DNA of 64,000 nt from an uncultured Anaerolineaceae bacterium (GTDB lineage Bacteria; Chloroflexota; Anaerolineae; JAAYZQ01), in NCBI GenBank assembly GCA_964387775.1, contig CAYLZO010000002.1, positions 8,003-72,002 on the forward strand, written 5' to 3'. The position numbers and the translations under genes were made by a program. Below the pieces are notes generated by a model. That model made no database searches and had not been told where the DNA came from. It saw only the letters and a program-made list of their open reading frames with translations. Below, piece by piece: positions 1 to 7,699 of the stretch (position 1 is its first letter; the number at the start of each line of letters is the position of its first letter).

Positions 1-639
1 GACCGCCAGGCGGACCTGGACGCGGCCCGGCGCTTCGACGGCTACCTGAATCGCTGGTTCCTCGATCCCCTCTTTGAGGGCCGCTATCCCGACGACCTCC
101 TCGACTATTGGGGGGGGCGGGCACCGGGCGTGGAGGCGGACGACCTGGCGGGCCTGCCTGACCGCCTCGACTTCCTGGGCATCAACTACTACTTTCGGAC
201 GATCATCCGGGCCGGAGAGGACGGGCCGGTGGCGACTGAGGCTTACAAGCCGGAGGGGGCCCGGTACACCGAGATGGACTGGGAGGTCTATCCCAATGGC
301 TTCTACCAACTCCTCGTGCGCCTCCAGCGGGACTATGAGCCCGCCGCTGTGTACGTCACCGAAAATGGGGCGGCCTTTGACGACGTGCTCCAGCCCGGCG
401 GCGTGGTGGACGATCCAGAGCGGCTCGAATACTTGCAGGGCCATCTGTTCGCCACTCGCCAGGCGTTGGACGCAGGCGTGCCGCTCCGCGGCTACTTTGT
501 CTGGTCGCTCCTGGACAACTTTGAGTGGGCCTTTGGCTACAGCAAGCGGTTCGGCATCGTCTACGTGGACTATGCTACGCAGGCGAGGTTCGTCAAGGAG
601 AGTGGACACTGGTACCGGCGCGTGATTCGGGGCCAGTGA
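1..639 (+). CDS. GH1 beta-glucosidase, C-terminal part (5' end lies outside the window)
   Basis: Frame 1 is open from nt 1 (DRQADLDAARRFDGYLNRWFLDP...) into the listed 130..639 ORF. GH1 hallmarks are present: YVTENGAAF (nucleophile Glu region) and GYFVWSLLDNFEWAFGYSKRFGIVYVDY. Confidence 0.9.
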   Translation, partial: DRQADLDAARRFDGYLNRWFLDPLFEGRYPDDLLDYWGGRAPGVEADDLAGLPDRLDFLGINYYFRTIIRAGEDGPVATEAYKPEGARYTEMDWEVYPNGFYQLLVRLQRDYEPAAVYVTENGAAFDDVLQPGGVVDDPERLEYLQGHLFATRQALDAGVPLRGYFVWSLLDNFEWAFGYSKRFGIVYVDYATQARFVKESGHWYRRVIRGQ

Positions 640-649
640 CCTCAGTGCC

Positions 650-1228
650 CTATTCGTTGAAAACCAGGCTGAGGAAGCGGTGGAGGATGCGGGCCGTCAG
701 CCCCCAGATGGTGTGCGAGCCGTAATCCCAAAAGAGAACCTCGTGGGGGCGTCCCTCGTGCTCCCAATATTCCACGCGCAGGTGTTTGGGTTCAAGCAAA
801 AAATCGAGAGGCAGCTCCACCACGCCGTCGACTTCGTGGGGATTCAGCCGGTAGTCAAAGGGGTGGGGAACCACGCCGACAAAGGGCGTCACGACAAAGT
901 CGCTGATGGTCGGAAAATCGTCCAGGACGCCCAACACTTTCACACGCTCCGGGGGAATGCCGATCTCTTCGTGGGTTTCGCGCAGGGCCGTCTCCTGGAG
1001 GGAGGCGTCCTGGGGCTCGCAGGCGCCACCGGGGAGGGAGATCTGCCCCTTGTGATGTTCCACGTTCTGGGTCCGCTGGGTGACGAGGACGTGCCACACG
1101 CCTGCCTTGCGCAACAGAGGGATGAGCACCGCCGCGCAGGTCAACGAAGGATCGGCCAGAACGCCTCGCTCTTGCCCGGCGAGGACGCGGCGGACGTGGC
1201 CCTTGAACGCTTCGGGATCGCGGTTCAC
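650..1228 (-). CDS. NUDIX hydrolase, CoA-pyrophosphatase-like
   Basis: Nudix box GGACEPQDASLQETALRETHEEIGI, preceded by LVTQRTQNVEHHKGQISLPGG (NuCoA-like motif). Start placed at GTG 1228, which overlaps the upstream TGA (GTGA); the longer 650..1345 ORF runs into the upstream gene. Confidence 0.8.
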   Translation of the reverse strand: MNRDPEAFKGHVRRVLAGQERGVLADPSLTCAAVLIPLLRKAGVWHVLVTQRTQNVEHHKGQISLPGGACEPQDASLQETALRETHEEIGIPPERVKVLGVLDDFPTISDFVVTPFVGVVPHPFDYRLNPHEVDGVVELPLDFLLEPKHLRVEYWEHEGRPHEVLFWDYGSHTIWGLTARILHRFLSLVFNE

Positions 1229-4200
1229 GTGGGGCTGCGCCTGACCGCGACCAGCGTAAAATCGTCGAACCGGGGGGCGTTGCCGACGAAATCGCCGATG
1301 ACATGCTCGATGGTCTGGGCCAACTCCTCCGCCGTCTGCTGCCAATGGGCGCTGACCAGTTCCCTGAATCGCTCGCGCCCAAACATCTCCCCCTCGGCAT
1401 CCGACGCCTCCACGACCCCGTCGGTGTAGAGGATCAGTAGGTCGCCGGGGTCCAGGTTCACATAGTGCTCGTCAAATTCTACGTCTGGCAGTACGCCCAG
1501 GGCCATGCCGTCCCGCCGCAGCTCCTCCGCCGTGCCGTTGGCGGCGCGGACGAGCAGAGGCGGCATGTGCCCGGCGTTGACAAAGCGCACCTCGCCCGAG
1601 TTTGGCTGAAGAATGGCGTAGAAAAGGGTGACGAACAGGGTAGACCGGGCGTCGGCCAGGATCAGGTTGTTGGCCTGGGCGACGGCCGTCGCCGGGGGAC
1701 GCCCGTCAATGGCCATGGTCCGCACCAACGTGCGTGAGAGGGCCATGAACAAGGCGGCCGGCACCCCCTTGTCCGCCACATCGGCGATGACCACGCCCGT
1801 CCGGCCCGGGCCGTCGCTGCCCCCGTCGGCAGGGAGGGGGATAAAGTCGTAAAAGTCGCCGCTGACCTGCCGCGCCGCGCGCCAGACGGTGGCCAGCTCC
1901 CAGCCGGGCACGTGGGGGCAGCATTCGGGCAGGAAGCTGGTCTGGATGCGCCGGGCCACGTCCAATTCCTGGCGCAATCGCTGCTGTTCGGCGGCCTCTT
2001 GGAGCAACCGGTCGTTTTCGATGGCGATGGCCGCCTGGCCCGCGATCCCGGTCAGAATGTCGAGCCAGCGCTGGCTGATGCGCTGGGCCGGCCCGGTATA
2101 GTCCACGGTCATCATGCCCAGCAACTCGCCCTTGCTGACCAGGGGAAAGGCCAGCACCGAACCCTCTCCCAGGATCTGAGCGCTTGCCTCTGTTTCGGAC
2201 GTCTCTCCCAGGGGCACAAAGGCGACGTCCTGGCGCAACGCCTGGGTCAGGGGATGATCGCCGGGAAAGCGCAGGCCCCAGAAGGCTCGTTGATCTTTGC
2301 CCTCCAGGCCATAGTCGCGGTAGGGCAGGAAGGCGTCGGCACTCAGGTCCCACAAAAAGACGGTGCAAGCCTCGACGCCGGCCAGCAGGGGCGTGATGCG
2401 CACCAGCGTCTCCAGGGCTTCCTCCAGGTCGGCGGCGCGGCTGACGGCTTCGGCCACCTGCACCAGGGCCATCGAGACGTAGGCCTCTTCTTGCTGGGCC
2501 TGCAACAGCCGGGCGCTCTGGATGACCATCGCCGCCTGGTTGGCGATGCCCGTCAGCATCTCGACCGTCCGCTCGCTAAAATGGTGGGGCTGCCCCGCAT
2601 AGTCGACCATCATGACCCCCAGCAGCTCGCCCTGAGCCAGGAGGGGCAGCAGGGCCATCTCCTGAATGTCAAAGGTCTCGGCCAGCTCGGGTGGGATGAG
2701 GCCCGCCTCGTCCTCGGCCTGGACGACGACGGGCACCTTCTCCGAGCAGAGTCGCGCTATTGCGGGGATCGCCTCGGGCGCGAACCAGGTATTCTCGTAG
2801 GCGCTGCGGAGCTCCGGGCGGAGGCCGTGGGTTTGGGCGGGCACGAAGGACTCCAGGTCCGTGTCCCAAAGCAAAATGGCGCAGCGGTCCACGCCGGCCA
2901 GGATGGGCGTCAGGCGCACGATAGTGGTCAGCACGGCGTCAATGTCCGCGACGTAGCTCATCGACTCGGCCACCTGGAGCAGGGCGGTGGAGAGCCAGGC
3001 CTGCTGCCGCTCGGCCTCGTAGAGCTGGGCTTCCTGGATGGCGATGGCGATCTGGTCGCCCAGGGTCTCCAGGATAAAGAGGTCGTCGTCGCCAAAGGCA
3101 TTGGCCTCCCTGCTCTGCACGTCGAGCACGCCCACCAGCCGGTCCTCGAGCAGGAGCGGGACGGACATTTCGGACAGGGTCTCTTCCAGCGCTTCGACGC
3201 AGCGGTAGCGGGTGTCGGTTTCGACGTCGTTGACGATGACGGCCTCGCCGTGGGCGGCGACCCAGCCGATGAGGCCCTCGCCCCAGGCCACGTCAAAGGC
3301 GACGTCGTGGGTTCCGGCGCTGGCGCTGGCCTCAAAATTCACCACCTGGCGCTCGGGGTCGGCGGTAAAGATGGCGATGTGATAGTAGCCGAAATTCTCG
3401 CGCACCAGGTGGACGATCCGTTCAAAGAGTTCGTCCAGTTCCAGCGTGGCGGTCACCTGGCGGCTGACTTGGCTGATGGTCTCCAGTTGGCGGGCGCGCC
3501 GGCGCTCCTGGTTGTAGAGCTGGGCTTTCTGGATGGCGACGGCTGCCTGGTTGGCCATGGCCGACAGCACGCGCAGGTCGCTCTCGCCGTAGGCGCTCCG
3601 CTGGAAGGATTGGATCGACATGGTGCCGATGACGGTTTCGCCGGCGATGAGCGGCACAAAGAGGGCGGAATGGGGCGGCCGTTCCGAGACGTAGGCGGGC
3701 TGGGCCGGCAGCGACTCCAATTCCCTCTCAAAGTCACGGACCAGGATCGGCTGCTTCGATTCCCGCAGCCAGTTAACCAGTCCGACACCGGGGGCGAGAC
3801 GAAAGGAGCGCCTCGGTTCTGGCTGTCCCTCGCGGACCCAGAGCCGGATGTCATAGTCGTCGCCCTCGAAAAAGCCCAGGTGAAAGATGGTCGTGTCCAC
3901 GATGCGGCGGGCGTGTTCGTACATGAGCTGGCAGAGCTCGTCGATGTCCCACTGGGCCTGGACGATGGCCCGGCCCACCTGCTCGATGGTGGTCAGCTCG
4001 GCGACCCGTTGGGTCAAGGCGGTGCGGGTATCGGCCCAGCGCTGGGTCAGGAGCGCGACGGCGACGATGGCCAGCGCCAGCAGAACGAAGGGCAGCCCGC
4101 CGAGTTCGGTGTAGGCCAGGGCAACGACGAGGCTAAGGGGCAGGGGCAGCAGCTCGATGAGCAGGGCGGTAGGGATGGCGTCCTGCACAAAGGTTCGCAG

Positions 4201-4788
4201 GCGCGACAACCCGCCGTCCAGGTAGTCAAAGAAGCCCCAGCCGACGTGATCCAGGGTGAACCACAGGAGGCAGACGGTAGCCAGGGCCAGGGCGGTCTGC
4301 CCGTTGGCGCCCGTCGCGCCGCCGACGGGCAACCGTCCGTTGAGGACCGCGAACAGCCAGCCGCCCAGCAGGGCCATCGAGGCCTTGAGCCCGGCGTTAA
4401 AGAGGGGCACTTCGATGAGGTGCCGCCGGGTCAGCCTGCGGTGGCGCAAGGCGTTCAGCTCCAGATAGGTCAGCCCGCTCCAGGCGGCGACGGCCGCGCC
4501 CCCGGCCGGTCCCAGGGCAAAGACGGCGGCCAGGTCGATGACGCCGGCCAGGCTGTGGACGATGGGTGAGCCCAGGTGAAAGCTGGATCGCTGAACGAGG
4601 AAGGAGAGGATGACAAAGAGAAGGATAGAGGGCCAGGAGGGGAGCTGGGGGGCGGTCACGAGTCGGTAGCCCAGGATGCTCAATCCGGCCAGGCCGACGA
4701 CCACGCTGTAGAACAGGGCGAGCCAGGGATGGCCCGTCGGTGACGTGCGACCTGCCTGGTTCAGCGGTGCAGGGTTCCTATTCGCCAC
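1225..4788 (-). CDS. Membrane-anchored 4xGAF PP2C/SpoIIE-type serine phosphatase (RsbU/RsbP-like output domain)
   Basis: Hydrophobic multi-pass N-terminus. Four copies of the GAF C-terminal helix motif (ANQAAVAIQKAQLY, GDQIAIAIQEAQLY, ANQAAMVIQSARLL, AGQAAIAIENDRLL). C-terminal SpoIIE motifs are SGDFYDF, VVIADVADKGVPAAL, FVNAGHMPP and LILYTDGVVEA. GTG start with an AAGAGG RBS. Confidence 0.85.
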   Translation of the reverse strand: MANRNPAPLNQAGRTSPTGHPWLALFYSVVVGLAGLSILGYRLVTAPQLPSWPSILLFVILSFLVQRSSFHLGSPIVHSLAGVIDLAAVFALGPAGGAAVAAWSGLTYLELNALRHRRLTRRHLIEVPLFNAGLKASMALLGGWLFAVLNGRLPVGGATGANGQTALALATVCLLWFTLDHVGWGFFDYLDGGLSRLRTFVQDAIPTALLIELLPLPLSLVVALAYTELGGLPFVLLALAIVAVALLTQRWADTRTALTQRVAELTTIEQVGRAIVQAQWDIDELCQLMYEHARRIVDTTIFHLGFFEGDDYDIRLWVREGQPEPRRSFRLAPGVGLVNWLRESKQPILVRDFERELESLPAQPAYVSERPPHSALFVPLIAGETVIGTMSIQSFQRSAYGESDLRVLSAMANQAAVAIQKAQLYNQERRRARQLETISQVSRQVTATLELDELFERIVHLVRENFGYYHIAIFTADPERQVVNFEASASAGTHDVAFDVAWGEGLIGWVAAHGEAVIVNDVETDTRYRCVEALEETLSEMSVPLLLEDRLVGVLDVQSREANAFGDDDLFILETLGDQIAIAIQEAQLYEAERQQAWLSTALLQVAESMSYVADIDAVLTTIVRLTPILAGVDRCAILLWDTDLESFVPAQTHGLRPELRSAYENTWFAPEAIPAIARLCSEKVPVVVQAEDEAGLIPPELAETFDIQEMALLPLLAQGELLGVMMVDYAGQPHHFSERTVEMLTGIANQAAMVIQSARLLQAQQEEAYVSMALVQVAEAVSRAADLEEALETLVRITPLLAGVEACTVFLWDLSADAFLPYRDYGLEGKDQRAFWGLRFPGDHPLTQALRQDVAFVPLGETSETEASAQILGEGSVLAFPLVSKGELLGMMTVDYTGPAQRISQRWLDILTGIAGQAAIAIENDRLLQEAAEQQRLRQELDVARRIQTSFLPECCPHVPGWELATVWRAARQVSGDFYDFIPLPADGGSDGPGRTGVVIADVADKGVPAALFMALSRTLVRTMAIDGRPPATAVAQANNLILADARSTLFVTLFYAILQPNSGEVRFVNAGHMPPLLVRAANGTAEELRRDGMALGVLPDVEFDEHYVNLDPGDLLILYTDGVVEASDAEGEMFGRERFRELVSAHWQQTAEELAQTIEHVIGDFVGNAPRFDDFTLVAVRRSPT

Positions 4789-5206
4789 GCGGCAACCTCT
4801 TGACCATGGTCAGTTCGTTGCCTTCCTCGGGGTCGAAGGAAAAGCGGACCTCGTCCATGAACTTTCGGATCAAAAAGAGCCCCAGGCCGCCCAGGGAGCG
4901 CTCCTCCAGGGGAGCGTCCACGTCGGGCTTGGGCACGTCCTCCGGTTCAAAGCTCCGGCCCCAATTACGAACGCGCATGACGAACTTTTTGTCACCGAGG
5001 TGACAGCTGACTTCCATATCGCCCGGCTCCATGTCGCGGTAGGCGTGGTGGACGACGTTGGCGCAGGCTTCGTCCACGGCGAGCTCGATCTGGTGTAGAG
5101 TCCGCTCACTGAAACCGGCCCGCTGGGCCGCCTCGCGCACGCAGGCCATGGCGCGGGGCACGTTTTCCAAAACGGCTTTCATTCTGAACTTGGCGATCTG
5201 TTCCAT
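4778..5206 (-). CDS. RsbW/SpoIIAB-like anti-sigma-type serine kinase (HATPase_c)
   Basis: 142 aa. N-box ELAVDEACANVVHHAY and G-box GGLGLFLIRKFMDEV. Lies directly downstream of a STAS gene and overlaps the PP2C gene by 11 nt. Confidence 0.8.
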   Translation of the reverse strand: MEQIAKFRMKAVLENVPRAMACVREAAQRAGFSERTLHQIELAVDEACANVVHHAYRDMEPGDMEVSCHLGDKKFVMRVRNWGRSFEPEDVPKPDVDAPLEERSLGGLGLFLIRKFMDEVRFSFDPEEGNELTMVKRLPRGE

Positions 5207-5343
5207 CGAATCCCCAGGTAATCAAGCCGGTGGGTTCACCGGCTCTATTACGAATTTTCCCGGGAGGGTGACACGAACAAGACCGCCTCGCATCCCCAGG
5301 GAATTGTGGCGGCCTTGTCCTGTGCCTGTGCCTGTGGTGGGTG

Positions 5344-5682
5344 CTAAAAGCTTCCGACGGCGTGCACGTCCTCGTCGTAGAACTTGAACAGGCGATCAAA
5401 CCCCACGAGGTCAAAGCTCTCTTTTAGTTTGGGCGTGATCTCGGAGATGACGACGTCCCCGCTCGGAATCGCCTTGCGGACCTTCATCTGAGCCGAGAGG
5501 AGTGCTTTGAGCCCGGCGCTGCTAATGTAGGGTGCGTCGGCCAGGTTCACGACGATGTTCTTCTGGCCTGCCTGGATCAGGCCCAGCAGGACCTTTTCCA
5601 ATTCTGGAGCGGTGGTGCTGTCAATCCGGCCCGAGACGGTGACCAACTCACAGCGCTTCATGGCCTCGGTCTTGATCTCCAT
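5344..5682 (-). CDS. STAS-domain anti-sigma-factor antagonist (RsbV/SpoIIAA-like)
   Basis: 112 aa from ATG 5682, with an AGGAGG RBS 7 nt upstream. Conserved phosphorylatable Ser context APYISSAGLKALL. The 197-aa ORF in the track is an upstream extension through non-coding repeats. Confidence 0.85.
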   Translation of the reverse strand: MEIKTEAMKRCELVTVSGRIDSTTAPELEKVLLGLIQAGQKNIVVNLADAPYISSAGLKALLSAQMKVRKAIPSGDVVISEITPKLKESFDLVGFDRLFKFYDEDVHAVGSF

Positions 5683-5737
5683 GGTTCGACCTCCTGTCTG
5701 ATTGAGTTTCGGAGCGTTGGCTTGAGCAACGTTGGGC

Positions 5738-5766
5738 ATTGTACCACAGTTACTTGCAGAGAGCAA
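5738..5766 (-). promoter_or_regulatory. Sigma-70-like promoter for the RsbV/RsbW/PP2C operon
   Basis: Minus strand reads TTGCTC (5766-5761), a 17-nt spacer, then TGgTACAAT (extended -10; hexamer 5743-5738). It lies about 55 nt upstream of ATG 5682. The -35 hexamer is inside the proximal copy of a 15-bp tandem repeat. Confidence 0.45.
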
Positions 5767-5785
5767 ACGTGCAGAGAGCAAACGA
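5756..5785. repeat. 15-bp tandem direct repeat (gcagagagcaaacgt / gcagagagcaaacga)
   Basis: Two adjacent copies, 14/15 identical, read directly. The proximal copy overlaps the putative -35 element. Confidence 0.9.
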
Positions 5786-5900
5786 GCGGGATTTCGTATC
5801 TTCCTGCCGTGGCCAACAGGATGATTTGCATTGTCCCACCGCAAGGCGGCAGGGCTGGTTGGCTGACAAAACTCTATTCGGCTTCTTGGCGGCAGGGACA

Positions 5901-5964
5901 GGACGCAGATTAGCGCAGATTCTTTGTGCTTTTTCATCTGCGTTTATCTGCGAAATCTGCGTCC
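5901..5964. repeat. Small palindromic intergenic element, copy 1 (GCAGATT/AATCTGC family)
   Basis: Perfect 11-bp terminal inverted repeats: ggacgcagatt (5901-5911) and aatctgcgtcc (5954-5964). Internally there are 2 forward gcagatt units and 3 reverse atctgc units around a T-rich spacer. Confidence 0.8.
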
Positions 5965-6040
5965 AGAGAGATCTGTCAGTCAACCAGGGCGGCAGGGTCT
6001 CCAGCGCGAAGGATTCTATAAAACTTCTTTGCGTCAAGAT

Positions 6041-7495
6041 CTAGGGGATTGTTCCACCCGTCTCGGTTGCCAGGCGCACGGCGGTCATCGCCAGGCCCAG
6101 GTAGAGCCAAAAGATCGAGACTGAGTGGGGAAAGTTTAGGTTAAAGAAATAGTGGTCGAGGACGCCGCCCACCAGGATGCCCGCCACCGCAGCCGTCAGC
6201 CCCAGCAGGATGGCTTCCAGGCCGGCGCGCTGACGGACCTGGGGCCAGGCCCGCCACACGTGCCAGAAAAAGAGGCCGATGGTGAGGAGAAAGACGGCCA
6301 GGCCGATGAGTCCCATTTCCTCAGCCATGAGGAGGTAGACGCTAGAAACGCCGATGTAGAGGCTGGTCTCCGGCGTGGACACGAACCCGACCCCGATCCA
6401 CGGGTGGCGGCTGATCAGCGCAAAGGCATCCTTGTATTCGCCCAGGCGCATCTGGGTTGCCAGGTCCTGGGTGCGGATGCCCTCCACAAAGTGCTGGACA
6501 TAATCCTGAGCCTGGGGCAGGAGGAGCAGGAGGGCCGCGCCCACCACGAGGGCAGGGATGAGCTTCCGGTACTTGACCAGGGCCAACACGCCCAGGCCCA
6601 CCGCCAGGCCGGCCATCGAGCCCCGGGAGTAGGTGAGGTAGAGGCAGAAGGCGTCGATCACAAACATGGCGGCCAAAAGGCGGCGCGAGAGAAGGGGCTC
6701 GCGGGCAAAGAGCTGGGCGCCCGTCAGGGTGGTGATGAGGATGAGCAGGCCGCCTAGCACGTTGGGGTCGGTGGAGGTCGAGATGGCGCGCAGGGGCAGG
6801 TCGGGATTGTCCTCGACGTAGCGCAGCACGCCCGGCCCGGAGGGATAGCCCACCCGCCCCAGGGCCGAGAGCAGCCGGATGCTCCAGTCGGCGGGCAGGT
6901 AGTAGAGCACCACGCCGATGACGGCAGCGCCGAATCCGGCCAGGAGAAGGGCGGTGACCAGCAGGCGCAATTGCGGGCGGGTCTGCACGGTATTGACCAC
7001 GACGAAAAAGAGCCCAATGCTGAGCAAAAGCTCGACAAAGTGGCGTAGGATGTATTGGTCGAGGTAAGCGTGAGCCAGGCCGGCGATGAACGAGGCGCAG
7101 GCCAGCAGCATAAAGACGACGATGGGCAGGCCCAGGGGTGTGGCGACGAACTGCCCTGCCTTGCCGGTGGCGATGCGCATCAGCCACACGAAATAGAGGG
7201 CGATGAGGGCCAGGTCCAGGAAGGTGGGCGTGAAGCCGATCTTGAAGGGCAGGGCGCCAAAGGGGAGCAGGCAGATCACGCCGGCGACGGCGATGAGGCT
7301 CCACTGGGTGTCGCGCAGCATCAGCAGCCCGCCGGCGAGGGCCACGACCCCCGCCACGGCAAAGAGGGGCGAGAGGATGGCCACGTAAGCGCCGGCCAGC
7401 AGCCCGGCGGCGAGGCAAAATGCAACGACCGCCGCCAGGGCAAAGCGACGGTCACTTTCGACGAATATCCGTTGCAAAGCGGTCACAGTTTCCAA
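6041..7495 (-). CDS. O-antigen ligase/polymerase-like (Wzy_C family) multi-pass membrane protein
   Basis: 484 aa, hydrophobic throughout. Has the YSRGSMAGLAVGLGVLAL motif region typical of O-antigen ligase domains. Confidence 0.7.
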   Translation of the reverse strand: METVTALQRIFVESDRRFALAAVVAFCLAAGLLAGAYVAILSPLFAVAGVVALAGGLLMLRDTQWSLIAVAGVICLLPFGALPFKIGFTPTFLDLALIALYFVWLMRIATGKAGQFVATPLGLPIVVFMLLACASFIAGLAHAYLDQYILRHFVELLLSIGLFFVVVNTVQTRPQLRLLVTALLLAGFGAAVIGVVLYYLPADWSIRLLSALGRVGYPSGPGVLRYVEDNPDLPLRAISTSTDPNVLGGLLILITTLTGAQLFAREPLLSRRLLAAMFVIDAFCLYLTYSRGSMAGLAVGLGVLALVKYRKLIPALVVGAALLLLLPQAQDYVQHFVEGIRTQDLATQMRLGEYKDAFALISRHPWIGVGFVSTPETSLYIGVSSVYLLMAEEMGLIGLAVFLLTIGLFFWHVWRAWPQVRQRAGLEAILLGLTAAVAGILVGGVLDHYFFNLNFPHSVSIFWLYLGLAMTAVRLATETGGTIP

Positions 7496-7529
7496 TGCCC
7501 GGTTTCCAGTCTACGCTTCAGATGGCCGA

Positions 7530-7626
7530 CGGGAGTGGATGGGAGTCGAACCCACCAGGGCCGCTTCTGCAGCGCCCCTCATACGGTTTTGAAGACCGCG
7601 GAGCCCACCGGGACTCAACCACCCCC
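7530..7626 (-). tRNA. selC: tRNA-Sec (anticodon UCA)
   Basis: Hand-folded from the minus-strand sequence:
- 8-bp acceptor stem GGGGGTGG/CCACTCCC (one G-U pair).
- 6-bp D stem GAGTCC/GGGCTC with the 4-nt loop CGGT.
- Anticodon arm GCGGT-CTTCAAA-ACCGT (anticodon TCA).
- 27-nt variable arm.
- T arm GTGGG-TTCGACT-CCCAT, discriminator G; CCA is not encoded.
The architecture mirrors E. coli selC as recalled. Confidence 0.85.
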
Positions 7627-7637
7627 ACGCGGCTACT

Positions 7638-7666
7638 AGGATACCCGTTTTCTCTCGATTCGTCAA
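7638..7666 (-). promoter_or_regulatory. Sigma-70-like promoter for tRNA-Sec
   Basis: Minus strand reads TTGACG (7666-7661), a 17-nt spacer, then TATCCT (7643-7638). It ends 11 nt upstream of the mature tRNA 5' end. Confidence 0.5.
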
Positions 7667-7699
7667 GAATCTGGTGAGGTGGTGGAGGGAGGGGGACCG

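Noticed and set aside
1912-4569. 885-aa plus-strand ORF antisense to the GAF-PP2C gene. Similar long shadow ORFs occur at 15238-16671, 16775-18874, 23348-25144 and 25454-27433.
   Set aside because: These are typical high-GC antisense shadow frames. Their composition is G/A/R/D/L/Q-rich and low-complexity, with no recognisable motif. Each is fully overlapped by a motif-rich gene on the other strand.
5683-5937. N-terminal 85-aa extension of the STAS ORF (the track lists 197 aa).
   Set aside because: The extension runs through the tandem repeat, the promoter-like hexamers and the palindromic element. A strong AGGAGG RBS precedes the internal ATG at 5682, which gives a normal 112-aa STAS protein.
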